From an uncultured Pseudomonadota bacterium (lineage in GTDB: Bacteria; Pseudomonadota; Gammaproteobacteria; Ga0077536): a stretch of 64,000 nucleotides of DNA. The notes under the pieces are model-generated. The model was not told the DNA's origin, did not search any database, and saw only the letters and a program-made list of their open reading frames with translations. The DNA lies in the NCBI GenBank assembly GCA_902551695.1, contig CACDEI010000003.1:538-64537 (forward strand), written 5' to 3'. Positions 10,811 to 21,003 of the stretch are shown here, one piece after another; within the stretch, counting starts at the first letter, position 1; each line of letters opens with the position of its first letter. The position numbers and the translations under genes are program-made.

Positions 10811-11461
10811 TTACAAAAGACTAGAATAATTTTCTATAAGGAAGAAATCCTCGGATGAGTATGCCTCCCCTTTACTGTTTGGGCGTTGTACTCCGTAAGT
10901 GTGTTTGATACCAAATTCCTTCGCAGTTTTTAGCACATTTAAGTTGTCGTCAATTAAGATGCTCCTTGACTTGTTAAAGTTATATCGTCTGTGGAATCCT
11001 TTCCAGAAACCTAGACTTTCCTTGGCTAGCCCGATCTCATGGCTGGATATTATGTGATCGAAGTAGTTCCCTATAAGAGTTTTTTCTAATTTCCGGTCCA
11101 AGCCCCTAGGGTGTGCATTTGTGACTAAAAACAGAGTAAGGGGCTTTTGCTTTAGAGCCAATAAAAATTCAATTGCTCCTGTCCGAAGGCTGATATAGTG
11201 AGATAAAGCGATCTCTATCTCATCAATATCTATATCTAGGGCCCTTTTCCAGAAGTCTAAATCATACCAACTCAGCGTACCTTTGTTTTCCTCAGTGATC
11301 AGCTCTATTCTTAATTTAGCTTCCGTCTTGTTTAGGTTATCTTTGGAGGCTAGTCTGCGGGGTAGTTCAACGTGCCATACTTTGTGATCGTAATACAGGT
11401 CCAATAACGTGCCGTCCATATCGAGAAAGCAAGTATCGATAGTATTCCAGTCTAATCTCAT
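10811..11461 (-). CDS. HAD-superfamily hydrolase (YrfG-like nucleotidase)
   Basis: HAD motif I is FLDMDGTLLD. LVTNAH and a distal DD motif (ILIDDN) are also present. Confidence 0.7.
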   Translation of the reverse strand: MRLDWNTIDTCFLDMDGTLLDLYYDHKVWHVELPRRLASKDNLNKTEAKLRIELITEENKGTLSWYDLDFWKRALDIDIDEIEIALSHYISLRTGAIEFLLALKQKPLTLFLVTNAHPRGLDRKLEKTLIGNYFDHIISSHEIGLAKESLGFWKGFHRRYNFNKSRSILIDDNLNVLKTAKEFGIKHTYGVQRPNSKGEAYSSEDFFLIENYSSLL

Positions 11462-11501
11462 AGTTTGAATTATTTAAGTTTTGTTTGGGTTTGTTTTGGC
11501 T

Positions 11502-12434
11502 TTAATTTTGAAATGTTTGTTTCGAAAAATAATCTGATCGAAGATATTCTATGGCTTTAGATTGAGGTGATTTTTTGGAGATACTAAGAAGCCTTTGATA
11601 TTCTTGCGCTTCTAAAAGTCCACCTAAAGCTGCTTCCTTTATCCAGAAAAACCCCTCTTGTTCATCTAAATATATCCCCTTGCCAGCATAGTATGACAAA
11701 CCAAGAAGGTACTGCGCGCGTTCATCTCCCAGTTCAGCTAGTCTCTTTAGTTTCGATACGACATTACTTAAAGAATCATTTTTATTCCTGTCAGAATAGT
11801 GAAAAAAATATAGTGCTTTTAAGGATTCAAAATGTAATTTTTCAGCAGCAGCATTTAGCCAATATATGGAGGTTTTATCAAATACTCGAGATGGATTTAC
11901 TCTCCTTCGTGTTATTGCTAAATTGTATTGCGCTGTTACTAAACCATTTTGAGCAGCAAGCTGGAACCATTCTAATGATTCCAAAAATTTTTTCTTATCA
12001 TCTACCTTGCTAGCAAGAATAGTAGCCAAGAAGAACTGAGCATCTGTGTCTCCTAAAGCAGCGGCCTTTCGGAACCAATATTCGGCCCGCGCTGGGTCGG
12101 CGGAGACTCCTAGTCCCCTGTGGAAAATCAATCCCACGTGGTACATGGCAGGAGGGAAACCAAGCTTTGCAGCCGATAGAAAGTATTCTTTCGCCCGTTT
12201 TTCATTTTTACTAACCCCAAGTCCCTTGAGGTAAAGGGTTCCGAGATTATTTAAAGCTTGGGGTTCGTTGTCGCTGGCAGTGTGTTTATATTTAGTGATT
12301 AGTTTTTTTATTCGCGAAGGATCTAATTGCTCAGCATCTTCAAAGGTTGTCGTTTTATTTGGCTCGAATGCCAGCGGTTTAATACAGAAAATAAGAAAAA
12401 AAAATATTCTTAATACAGTCGTTAGGTTGCGCAT
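11502..12434 (-). CDS. Secreted Sel1-like (SLR/TPR) repeat protein
   Basis: An N-terminal signal peptide is followed by repeated A..WF.KAA..G...AQ..LG modules. The start abuts the stop of the upstream MBL gene. Confidence 0.8.
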   Translation of the reverse strand: MRNLTTVLRIFFFLIFCIKPLAFEPNKTTTFEDAEQLDPSRIKKLITKYKHTASDNEPQALNNLGTLYLKGLGVSKNEKRAKEYFLSAAKLGFPPAMYHVGLIFHRGLGVSADPARAEYWFRKAAALGDTDAQFFLATILASKVDDKKKFLESLEWFQLAAQNGLVTAQYNLAITRRRVNPSRVFDKTSIYWLNAAAEKLHFESLKALYFFHYSDRNKNDSLSNVVSKLKRLAELGDERAQYLLGLSYYAGKGIYLDEQEGFFWIKEAALGGLLEAQEYQRLLSISKKSPQSKAIEYLRSDYFSKQTFQN

Positions 12435-13139
12435 TTAGTCATGTTTCAGTGAGGCGTCAGATACATACGGGTTGAATTTTCGTTCTGCACCAAAAGTTGA
12501 TTCTGGTCCATGGCCTGGGATGAAGGTCACCTCATCACCTAGGGGCCACAATTTCTCGACTATAGATCTTATGAGCTGTTCATGGTTTCCTCTTGGAAAG
12601 TCGGTCCTTCCTATGGACCCCATAAAAAGAACATCTCCCACAAATGCGACCAAAGATTTGTGGAAAAATACCACATGACCGGGTGTGTGTCCTGGGCAAT
12701 GTAGGACCTCTAGAGTTTGATCTGAGAACGTTATTTTATCTCCATCCTCTAGCCATTTATCTGGTATAAAGGTGTCGGTAATTGGAAAGCCAAATCTAGA
12801 ACTTTGTTCAGGCATTGCGTCTAGCCAAAACTTATCTTCGAAATGAGGACCCTCGATAGGTATTGATAGTTCTGTTGCTAAGACTTTAGCTCCGCCGGCA
12901 TGGTCTAAATGCGCGTGCGTGAGCAAAATTTTTTCTATTTTCACATTTTGTTCTTTAACTGATTTTTTTATCAGGTCTAGGTCACCTCCGGGATCAATTA
13001 AGGCTCCGATTTTTGTGGCTTGCGACCAGATTAGAGAGCAGTTTTGCTGAAACGGTGTCACGGGTATCGTAACTCTCGCTAAATTTGCACTCAAAGCCTT
13101 ATCCTCAACATGTTTACTCTCTAACAAATGTTTGCTCAT
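12435..13139 (-). CDS. MBL-fold metallo-hydrolase (glyoxalase II-like)
   Basis: Motif THAHLDHAGG, with downstream HCPGHTPGH. I chose the internal ATG at 13139 because the longer ORF would overlap the upstream gene. Confidence 0.85.
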   Translation of the reverse strand: MSKHLLESKHVEDKALSANLARVTIPVTPFQQNCSLIWSQATKIGALIDPGGDLDLIKKSVKEQNVKIEKILLTHAHLDHAGGAKVLATELSIPIEGPHFEDKFWLDAMPEQSSRFGFPITDTFIPDKWLEDGDKITFSDQTLEVLHCPGHTPGHVVFFHKSLVAFVGDVLFMGSIGRTDFPRGNHEQLIRSIVEKLWPLGDEVTFIPGHGPESTFGAERKFNPYVSDASLKHD

Positions 13140-13147
13140 AACATAGG

Positions 13148-13543
13148 CTATCCGAAAGCTTTTTCTACAATATGGGTGTCCAAGTATTCTTTTACTTCCA
13201 CAATTTGTTTGCCTGACCAACGATAAACCCAACAATAAATATTGTTATAATTTCCGCCCGTTACAAGCTTCGACTTTCCAAAGCCTTGGCATACTATATA
13301 GTCACCTTCCCCTATTAAATTTTCCGCTGTAAGAGTAATGCCTCCATCTAAAGCCTCGTGGATAGGAGTAAGAAGTCTTTCTGTAACGTCCTGAATCCCA
13401 TCATACTGTCCAGAGAATTTTGTAGAGCCGATGATTGTCCATTTGACGTCGTTTGAGAACAGTGACATAAGGGGTTCAGAGTTTCCTTCCCCCAATTTTT
13501 CGAACCCTAGTAAGATTTTTTCCTTTCTTTCTTTTACATTCAT
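13148..13543 (-). CDS. SnoaL/NTF2-like fold protein
   Basis: 131 aa. The call rests on size and a pattern typical of ketosteroid-isomerase-like proteins (weak by-eye assignment). It sits inside a co-oriented array. Confidence 0.5.
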   Translation of the reverse strand: MNVKERKEKILLGFEKLGEGNSEPLMSLFSNDVKWTIIGSTKFSGQYDGIQDVTERLLTPIHEALDGGITLTAENLIGEGDYIVCQGFGKSKLVTGGNYNNIYCWVYRWSGKQIVEVKEYLDTHIVEKAFG

Positions 13544-13556
13544 CTCTAGTGTCCTC

Positions 13557-14729
13557 CTAAGGTGAGCTGTTTAGCACTTTCTTCACGATATTGACCCAAT
13601 AACTTGCCCCTATGGGTGTTACGTCATCGTTGAAATCGAATGTCGGACTATGAAGCATGCACCCTCCTTCTCCCGGTCCATTTCCGATAAATGCGTAGCA
13701 CCCTGGCTTTTCTTGAAGCATAAAACCAAAATCCTCTGAACCAGTTACCATATCGGTGCTTGGATCCACAAACTCCATACCGCAGACGTCTTGGGCGGCT
13801 GATAAAGCGATTCTAGTTTCTTTATCAGAGTTGACCGTGGCGGGATACCGTTTTTGGTAATGCCAACTAAATTCGCAATCATTTGCCTCACAGATATTTC
13901 CCGCAATTTTCTTCATTCGCTCTTCCACTAAATTTTGAACCTGTTCAGAAAAAGTCCTGACGGTGCCTCCTAGCTCAACTGATTTTGGGATGACAGCCCA
14001 GGCCTCTCCTCCGTGCATTCGGGTTACAGATAATACGGCGGGATCCGTCGGCTTGATATTTCTTGAAACTATAGTTTGCCATGCTAGTACAATTTGGGCG
14101 GCGACTTGAATCGTATCACTGGCTAGATGAGGAAGGGCCGCATGGCCTCCCTTTCCTTTAATTTCCGCTTTAAATGTGTCGAAAGCTGCCATAGCCGGTC
14201 CGGGCCGCATGGCCATTTTACCTACATCGAGGCCAGGCCAATTGTGGACAGCATAAACAGATTCGACTGGGAATTTTTCAAATAAACCGTCGTCCATCAT
14301 GGCGCGTGCACCTGCTTCTCCCTCCTCCGCGGGTTGGAAAATAAAATGAATGACCCCATCGAAAAAAAGGTTACTTGCTAAATATTCAGCAGCTGCTAAC
14401 AACATTACGGTATGCCCATCATGACCGCAAGCATGCATGACGCCTGGTCGTTTAGATTTGTGAGCAAAGTCGTTTAGTTCCTGAATAGGCAGTGCGTCCA
14501 TGTCGGCTCTGATACCAATGGCGCGCTTACTGCTACCATTTTTTAATGTTGCCACTAGTCCCGTTTTACCGATCCCTCTAGCTACGGTTAAGCCAAATTC
14601 ATTGAGTCTTTCGGCAACAAAATCTGAGGTGGCCACTTCTTGAAAGGCTAGTTCAGGGTGGGAATGAATGGTTTGACGCCATCCAGAATATTTTTTCTTA
14701 TGTTCTAAAAAATAAGGTATTATTTGCAT
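13557..14729 (-). CDS. M20D-family amidohydrolase (N-acyl-amino-acid or hippurate hydrolase-like)
   Basis: Motifs HPELAFQE, HACGHDGH and QPAEEG. 390 aa. Confidence 0.85.
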   Translation of the reverse strand: MQIIPYFLEHKKKYSGWRQTIHSHPELAFQEVATSDFVAERLNEFGLTVARGIGKTGLVATLKNGSSKRAIGIRADMDALPIQELNDFAHKSKRPGVMHACGHDGHTVMLLAAAEYLASNLFFDGVIHFIFQPAEEGEAGARAMMDDGLFEKFPVESVYAVHNWPGLDVGKMAMRPGPAMAAFDTFKAEIKGKGGHAALPHLASDTIQVAAQIVLAWQTIVSRNIKPTDPAVLSVTRMHGGEAWAVIPKSVELGGTVRTFSEQVQNLVEERMKKIAGNICEANDCEFSWHYQKRYPATVNSDKETRIALSAAQDVCGMEFVDPSTDMVTGSEDFGFMLQEKPGCYAFIGNGPGEGGCMLHSPTFDFNDDVTPIGASYWVNIVKKVLNSSP

Positions 14730-14765
14730 GTGTAAGTATAGGCCTAATATTCATAAATTATAAAG

Positions 14766-15536
14766 TTAGTTATAGAAGCCAAAGGCAGTCCAACCTCCGT
14801 CAATGACGAGTGTTTCGCCGGTCATAAATGAGGAACGATTGCTGCAAGAAAAAATTACGGCGTCGGTTACCTCCTGTTCTGAGCCAAGTCTCCTTTGAGG
14901 GGTACGCTTCTCTAGATCATTTAGCTTTATTTTCCCTTCCTCTGCTAAGCGATCGATTAAATCAGTGCGCACATACCCTGGAGCTACGCAATTCACCCTT
15001 ATTTTGTATTTCGCCCATTCGATCGCTAGTACTTTGGTCATCTGATCGATCGCAGCTTTGGTTGTACAGTATCCAAGCGCCGCAGGGAAGGCGTTTCTTC
15101 CAAGGATAGAGCCAATATTGACGATGCAACCTCCACCCTGGTCTTTCATCATAAGCCCTGCCGCTTGAGAACACAGAAAAATCGATTTGCAGTTAATGTT
15201 CATATGCTGATCCCAATTTTCCTCTGTCATCGCTAAAGTAGGCATCGGAAGAGAGACACCAGCGTTGTTTATAAGTATTTCTATGGGGCCATGGTCTTTG
15301 CTTATTTCTTCAAATGTTTGTTTAACAGCAAGACTATCATCTACGCGACAACCAAAGCCAAAGGCTGCTCCGCCTGATGAGGTAATTTCGTCGACTACCG
15401 AAGAGCAATTTTCCTTTGTCGTGGCCAAGCACATTACTTTGCTACCAAGTTTTCCAAAGTTGGTGGCGATGGTTCTTCCGATCCCTCTACTAGCTCCCGT
15501 TATTAGAACAATTTTTTCTTTAAATTCATCATTCAT
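14766..15536 (-). CDS. Short-chain dehydrogenase/reductase
   Basis: TGASRGIGR Rossmann motif, NNAG, and a YxxxK catalytic motif (YCTTK). Confidence 0.9.
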   Translation of the reverse strand: MNDEFKEKIVLITGASRGIGRTIATNFGKLGSKVMCLATTKENCSSVVDEITSSGGAAFGFGCRVDDSLAVKQTFEEISKDHGPIEILINNAGVSLPMPTLAMTEENWDQHMNINCKSIFLCSQAAGLMMKDQGGGCIVNIGSILGRNAFPAALGYCTTKAAIDQMTKVLAIEWAKYKIRVNCVAPGYVRTDLIDRLAEEGKIKLNDLEKRTPQRRLGSEQEVTDAVIFSCSNRSSFMTGETLVIDGGWTAFGFYN

Positions 15537-15554
15537 TTTATACTTCTCAGTTGA

Positions 15555-16286
15555 CTAAAAAGTCCAATCCTCAGTGAAAGGTCGAAGTTCGACCTCATTG
15601 CTCCAGGCCGATTTAGGTTGCAAATAAATCCACCAATAATTCTGAGCGACGTCATGAACATTAGCCGTTTCCTCTTCCTTAAAATTCTTTCCGTACCACT
15701 CGCGAATCAACGGGACATCAAGTGCGCAGTCGAGTCTTACATGTGATATGTGGACTCCTTTTTTTGAGTAAGCCTTAGCCAAGTTCTGAGACAAAGCCCT
15801 TAATCCGAATTTCCCGATGGCATAAATTGGATTTGTTCCCGAACCTCTCAAGGCTGCGGTTGCACTGGAAAAAATAATCTTACCTTGCTTTTTCTCTATC
15901 ATCCCTGGCAGTAAAACTTTGACGGCGGCAAAAGCTCCAACTACTTCAATTTTGTAGATACTCTCTAGGTCAGAAAAGGTCATATCTAACGGTTCTTTCA
16001 GTTCATAACCACCTCGAACGTTGTATATTAGAACTTCAATATTCTCGTAAGTTTCGATCACTTTTTGTGCTGCTTCGGTAATAGACTCAGGTTGCAGTGC
16101 ATCCCCAAAAAAATGTAAATGTTTACCGTCCTTAAAGGACTTTTGAGCTTCCTCTAGAGCTGCTCGACTCCCTTCTTTGCTTCGAGAGATTAAGGCGAGA
16201 TTAAAATTCTCTTCGGCAAACCTTCGAGAAAGTGCATGTCCAAGTCCCTCTCCAGCACCAATAATTACGCAAGTTTTATGTGACAC
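15555..16286 (-). CDS. Short-chain dehydrogenase/reductase (divergent)
   Basis: N-terminal IIGAGEGLG dinucleotide motif and a YAIGK catalytic region. Confidence 0.75.
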   Translation of the reverse strand: MSHKTCVIIGAGEGLGHALSRRFAEENFNLALISRSKEGSRAALEEAQKSFKDGKHLHFFGDALQPESITEAAQKVIETYENIEVLIYNVRGGYELKEPLDMTFSDLESIYKIEVVGAFAAVKVLLPGMIEKKQGKIIFSSATAALRGSGTNPIYAIGKFGLRALSQNLAKAYSKKGVHISHVRLDCALDVPLIREWYGKNFKEEETANVHDVAQNYWWIYLQPKSAWSNEVELRPFTEDWTF

Positions 16287-17499
16287 TGTTTTTCCTTTTT
16301 GTTAAAAAATAAACCAATATAGTGGAAATTATGAGCCCTAAAATAGCAATAAATACTAACATTTGAAAATAAAGCTGATGACCAATTACCCCTGGTGCAG
16401 AGTCAAGCAACCGACCGGCTATTGGCGCAAAAAAGATATCTGGTGTGTAGCCGACGAACGAGATTAATCCTACAGCTAGGCCAGTTTGGTGTTTTGGTAT
16501 TTTACTTTCTTCAAGGATAGCGAAATAAATTCCCCGTAACGCAAATACTCCCGCGCCACTGACAGCGACTGTTGAGATAAACAGCCAGTGATTTTGGTTG
16601 GGTACGGAGGTTGCAGGAAAAATGTAAGTGAGAATTAATACACTAAAAAATACTATAATACTTTTCGAGGGGCTAAATTTATCTGCTATCAAGCCTGCAG
16701 CTATCGCACTGAACGGGCGCGCATAAGCTATGCCGGCCGCGAGTCTGGCAGATTCCGTTTCACTCATTCCTAGCACTTGGTTGAAGTACAAAGAATAATT
16801 ATCAATTCCCTTGTAACAACAATAGCATACCAATAAAACTCCGGCCTGAAGCCATAAAAATTTATTTTGGATGAGGTTCGGTTGAGAGCTTCTGTCCAAG
16901 GATACTTTCGTTATACTTCCTTTAGGAATTGCTAATAGTATAAGTATGCCTGCTAAAAATGTTGCGATTGTATAATAAACTATAAGAGCATCAATCCCAT
17001 TTCCGGATGCTATGGAATTGCTAAGAATAGTTACTCCTCCAGAAGCTAGTATCGCGGCGGCTAATCCTCTTCCTCCGTCCAGAAACCCAAATGCTCGGCT
17101 CTGGAACAATGTTCCCCCCCACTCGCGGGTGGATCGAATCAATGGCGCCCAAAATAATAAAATGGTTGTCAGCCCCCAATATCCATACAATATTTTAAGT
17201 TGGAGAACGTTTGGATCGTAAAGGAGAATTAAGCCTCCTAGGCTTGTGGTGATTAACGATAGCGCCATTAAGGTACGGGGACGGAAGCGGTCAGCGATAG
17301 GTCCGCCAAAAAAATAAGCCATCATTGCTGTTATCCCATAGACTGCAAAAATCTCACCCAGTTCCGTGTTTGAAAGGTTAGTATTTGCTAGGAAAGAGGG
17401 ACGATAGTATCTGCTTAAGTGGAAAGGTAGACTAAAAATAATTTCGCCAGCTAAAACAAGGGTTAATAAGGTTAACCATTTGTTGCGGTAGTTATTCAA
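16276..17499 (-). CDS. MFS transporter
   Basis: 407 aa, about 12 predicted TM segments, and a GGPIADRFRPR loop motif. Confidence 0.8.
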   Translation of the reverse strand: MNNYRNKWLTLLTLVLAGEIIFSLPFHLSRYYRPSFLANTNLSNTELGEIFAVYGITAMMAYFFGGPIADRFRPRTLMALSLITTSLGGLILLYDPNVLQLKILYGYWGLTTILLFWAPLIRSTREWGGTLFQSRAFGFLDGGRGLAAAILASGGVTILSNSIASGNGIDALIVYYTIATFLAGILILLAIPKGSITKVSLDRSSQPNLIQNKFLWLQAGVLLVCYCCYKGIDNYSLYFNQVLGMSETESARLAAGIAYARPFSAIAAGLIADKFSPSKSIIVFFSVLILTYIFPATSVPNQNHWLFISTVAVSGAGVFALRGIYFAILEESKIPKHQTGLAVGLISFVGYTPDIFFAPIAGRLLDSAPGVIGHQLYFQMLVFIAILGLIISTILVYFLTKRKNSVT

Positions 17500-17514
17500 G
17501 AAAATGATTTAATG

Positions 17515-17928
17515 CTAAGACGTATGCTTTAGACCAGGAGACTCTTTTTTAAGCGCATTAGCTTTTTCTCGGGCTTGTTTTTCAGTAGGAAAAACCAGGT
17601 CTTCATAAAGTACTACAGGGATATTTGGATCTACACATAATTGACCTACAGCAAATTGTTCTGGCTCGGGTGAGACCACCACAAACCAACCTTTAACTGG
17701 GCCAGGCCTGTATCCGTTGAGTTTATATAGTAACTTTGCAAAATCAGCATAAGGTCCTTTAAGTTCTAGCGTAGGATATATTTTCTCATCTTTGATGGAG
17801 CTGCTTGAAGACCAACGCCAGGGTAGAGTAGTGGCTCCACTCTCGTTAAGAGACTGCGCTCCTCTAATTGCAGGATGCAACCACCAATAGTGATCTCTTT
17901 CTAGTGGGACCTCCTCTTTCGAGCTCAA
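17515..17928 (-). CDS. Small protein distantly related to the two dimethylformamidase-small-subunit-like ORFs
   Basis: 137 aa. Its start overlaps the stop of the 802-aa gene by 4 nt. The C-terminal half aligns by eye with ORFs 20350..20784 and 31698..32018. Confidence 0.45.
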   Translation of the reverse strand: MSSKEEVPLERDHYWWLHPAIRGAQSLNESGATTLPWRWSSSSSIKDEKIYPTLELKGPYADFAKLLYKLNGYRPGPVKGWFVVVSPEPEQFAVGQLCVDPNIPVVLYEDLVFPTEKQAREKANALKKESPGLKHTS

Positions 17929-20333
17929 GGTAGTGGTCCTTCTTTAAGAAATCCATTGATAACGTTTTGCATAATTTTAGACACATTGTTATCGTAGTTA
18001 TTATGTTGCAAAGAACCACACCACGACATCGAGCCAACTGAGAAAACTGCGCCATTTTCTGGGGTTTTGTAGTACACGATATCCGCACGTGTCCATGGAT
18101 TTGTTTCACCAGTTCCTCCTGGGATATAACCTCTGGCATTAAATGTCGATTCTTCAGTAACGGACACGAAGATATCATTGTGCCCTTCGGAGTGCGCGAG
18201 AAGGTAAGCGTTGTGAGGTGTCCCTAACTCCAGGTCGTATCGATCCAGCTCTAGTCCTGCAGCTCCCCCTCCCACTAAACCGAAATTACCAATGGGCTCA
18301 TTTTTACCAATGCCTTTAAAAATCCATTTGCATTCGGGTAGTTCGCTGTCAGGCGCCCTTCTGTAGTAAGAGGAATAGGTCAGGCCAAAGGAAGTGAAAG
18401 TCACGCCTAGTAGTTTGCTCATAACTCTTCCGCGGACCCGCCAAAGACCACCGTGCTTACCATCAAAAGCATTACAATATTCTCCCGGTGTGACTGTCCA
18501 GGCTCGGGTCCCGTTATCACCCTTTCGTACCTCAATAATATTGGGGTTATCAGGGTGTGGTACAGTGATCCAATAAAAACCGTTTGCAGCCAAATACATC
18601 CAACGGCCGCCCTGCAGTTGGTAGTCGTGATATGCATCCATTTGTTCTTCTGAAATATATTCAGGATGGTGTCCAGTCAACGCGATCGGATATTTTTTGA
18701 GGAGCGACACGCCTTCTCTGTGTATATCCTCGTCGGTATAGATGTCCACGTCGTACCCCAATTCATAAAGCCAGTCGACCAAATGTAGATCTGCATTAAA
18801 CTGCCAAATGGAAGGTGAAAGTATATGTAGATATTTTGGTCTCATGTTTAGTATGGGACGAAGTCGAGAAGATATGTTTACGCCCCAACCATCTCGATAG
18901 CTTGTGTATGTTCCAAGACCATAACCTCGTTCTTGATTAAGTAATAAATCTTCTGGCTGAAGGAGAGGGACTTGTCCTGTTAACAATTCAGCGATAACGG
19001 AATTTACACTTAGATTATCGTTGGCGTAAGCCATATAGCTGTGTGTCGACATAACAAGCGCAATGGAGGCTGTTGTTGTTCCAGTGGGAGGCTTTACGAA
19101 GAAAGGAATGTAATCTTCATGGTCGGGTGTAGACTTGCCGTTAACTCGAAGTCGGGCCGCGTACACACCGCTTGTCATTTTTTCCGTGATTTTAAGTGTA
19201 AAGCTGTTTTTCCATCTTGCATCGTCAACAGACTCATCGTGAAAATGAATAGCCCCGTATTCTTGCGGGCCATGCTTAAAACTCATGAAATGAGAGGACC
19301 AATTGTGGCCTATGACACCTCGTACGGGTAAATTCACTCCTACCCCGTGCAGATGATTTGGCGAGCAGTCTGTGATTTTTGTGGACGCTGCGTCAATCGA
19401 GATGTTTTCACAAAAATCCCAGAACCCTATTATAGAGGACCTAAGTTCGGTGGGAATTCCCTCAAGCCTCTGGTTATTAAGTAGGATCTCTATCTGATCC
19501 CGTCCGAGCGCTGCATTTGAGAGTCTGGGTCGCTCTATTTTGCCGTTAAATTTTGTAGTATGTTCGGGAACTTCAAGGGGCTCTTTCAGGTGGTCGTAGT
19601 GTCCACCGGATAACAGCCGACCAGTATGTGTTTCGGATGTGCTGGCGGCCATTAAAAGAGGACATTCGTTTTGGCTTAGCGAGATGTCTGGAGCGCTGTA
19701 TTTTTTTACTACCTCAGTTTCTTCCCGAGGATGCAACATGCTCATCCCATGACCGCCGTTTGTGGCCGTGAGATAGGGTATCTGTCCTATTACGACTTGC
19801 CCTTTTTCTGCGTCATAGCTTGCGAAAACTTTGTACCAGACTTTCCTCAACAGAGGCTTTCTGCTACTGAAACTCGACACTTTGCCTCTACCGCCTCCTA
19901 GTTTAAATTCCAATTCTCCCTCTTCATTGATAAAAAGCCCATAACCTTTCTTTTTCTTTGCATCCCATTTCGAGATGATAGCTTGCTCCCCAACTGGAAC
20001 TCCCTCTACATCCAACTTAGGGGTGGTTGGATAGATAAAGGCGGATACTGTCAAACTTTTAGAATTAAGTTTTTCGTTGTCAGGTACAAGAATATAGCTT
20101 CCTGCCATCAGTGGTTGGTTTAAGCCTTTGTAACTCCCATTAACGCTGGTGCGAATCACTTTTTCCTTGAACCCTGGTCCATCAGGATTAGTGTCGCCAT
20201 TGATCAGTCTGACAATATCTACTTTGTATTCTTCATTGAACTCAGAGTGGACGTAAAAATTAAGCTCCTCACCAGGAGTTACGGAACACTTATCTGTGTA
20301 CCCCGTTATTCGCAGCATATAATTCTGTTTCAT
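17925..20333 (-). CDS. N,N-dimethylformamidase large (beta) subunit-like protein, paralog 1
   Basis: 802 aa. A LamG-like N-terminal half is followed by a C-terminal domain with conserved blocks AIHFHD, SYMAYAN, SRLRPILNMRPKY and GGGAAGLELDR. All four blocks are shared with ORF 29396..31669. The family call is from memory of DmfA2-like proteins. Confidence 0.7.
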   Translation of the reverse strand: MKQNYMLRITGYTDKCSVTPGEELNFYVHSEFNEEYKVDIVRLINGDTNPDGPGFKEKVIRTSVNGSYKGLNQPLMAGSYILVPDNEKLNSKSLTVSAFIYPTTPKLDVEGVPVGEQAIISKWDAKKKKGYGLFINEEGELEFKLGGGRGKVSSFSSRKPLLRKVWYKVFASYDAEKGQVVIGQIPYLTATNGGHGMSMLHPREETEVVKKYSAPDISLSQNECPLLMAASTSETHTGRLLSGGHYDHLKEPLEVPEHTTKFNGKIERPRLSNAALGRDQIEILLNNQRLEGIPTELRSSIIGFWDFCENISIDAASTKITDCSPNHLHGVGVNLPVRGVIGHNWSSHFMSFKHGPQEYGAIHFHDESVDDARWKNSFTLKITEKMTSGVYAARLRVNGKSTPDHEDYIPFFVKPPTGTTTASIALVMSTHSYMAYANDNLSVNSVIAELLTGQVPLLQPEDLLLNQERGYGLGTYTSYRDGWGVNISSRLRPILNMRPKYLHILSPSIWQFNADLHLVDWLYELGYDVDIYTDEDIHREGVSLLKKYPIALTGHHPEYISEEQMDAYHDYQLQGGRWMYLAANGFYWITVPHPDNPNIIEVRKGDNGTRAWTVTPGEYCNAFDGKHGGLWRVRGRVMSKLLGVTFTSFGLTYSSYYRRAPDSELPECKWIFKGIGKNEPIGNFGLVGGGAAGLELDRYDLELGTPHNAYLLAHSEGHNDIFVSVTEESTFNARGYIPGGTGETNPWTRADIVYYKTPENGAVFSVGSMSWCGSLQHNNYDNNVSKIMQNVINGFLKEGPLP

Positions 20334-20349
20334 TTTCTATTAGCCCCTG

Positions 20350-20784
20350 TCACATTTTTATGTCATATTTTTCGCAAAGCGCTTTAAGTCTCTTTAAAAA
20401 AATCGCATGCTCCGCATCTTCTCGGGTAGCGTATTTTTCTTTCGTGATTCGGACGTTTCCCCCGCGCCTGCCAGGAAGAACGCCAATCGAATATTCTTTC
20501 CACGGTACTGTTTCTACAATTGTGTGTTTTCCAGTTTGGGGCACCATTCTCAACATGTCTACGAGCTGAGCTAGAGTGCTGCTTTGAAGTGGTGGTGGCG
20601 TACCAGGTAATGTGGGGCCACCCCGAGGAAAAGTCCTGTGCTCTGCAATTAAGGCATCTCGACTTTCTTTGTTCTTAAGGTGATTCAAAAGGTAGGTCCG
20701 CACATTATAATCATCTACGGCTCGAAAAGAATAATTATCTCGCAGTGCAGTGGTCTTCTGTTCTGCCCCAACTTTCTTTTTCAT
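20350..20784 (-). CDS. Candidate small (alpha) subunit partner of the DMFase-like enzyme
   Basis: 144 aa, 16 nt upstream of the large-subunit-like gene. This is the dmfA1-dmfA2 gene order. It is homologous by eye to ORF 31698..32018. Confidence 0.5.
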   Translation of the reverse strand: MKKKVGAEQKTTALRDNYSFRAVDDYNVRTYLLNHLKNKESRDALIAEHRTFPRGGPTLPGTPPPLQSSTLAQLVDMLRMVPQTGKHTIVETVPWKEYSIGVLPGRRGGNVRITKEKYATREDAEHAIFLKRLKALCEKYDIKM

Positions 20785-21003
20785 AACCGATGCTCCTGTA
20801 GGTTGAAATTTATAGTGGCAAGAAAGGCGCTTCCCTCCATTATCACTTGGAGAGGATAAATGGTAAACATTTTTTTAATCACGTTTAGGGTATGAATCAA
20901 TCTGGAAGTGTTAGAATATAAATAGTGGCAACTTAAACTGTGACTATATAAAGTAGTGAGTATTCGCTATTTATCGTTAAAACCATTGAAAATCGAGGTA
21001 GAG

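Noticed and set aside
12435-13235. I considered the longer N-terminal versions of several track ORFs: MBL hydrolase to 13235, DMFase-like 2 to 31750, the 4-TM protein to 43480, vWA paralog 2 to 47659 and TauD to 58930.
   Set aside because: Each extension overlaps the upstream gene substantially and adds sequence unlike the family N-terminus. Internal starts give tight junctions (ATGA/GTGA overlaps or short gaps). The start choices remain predictions.
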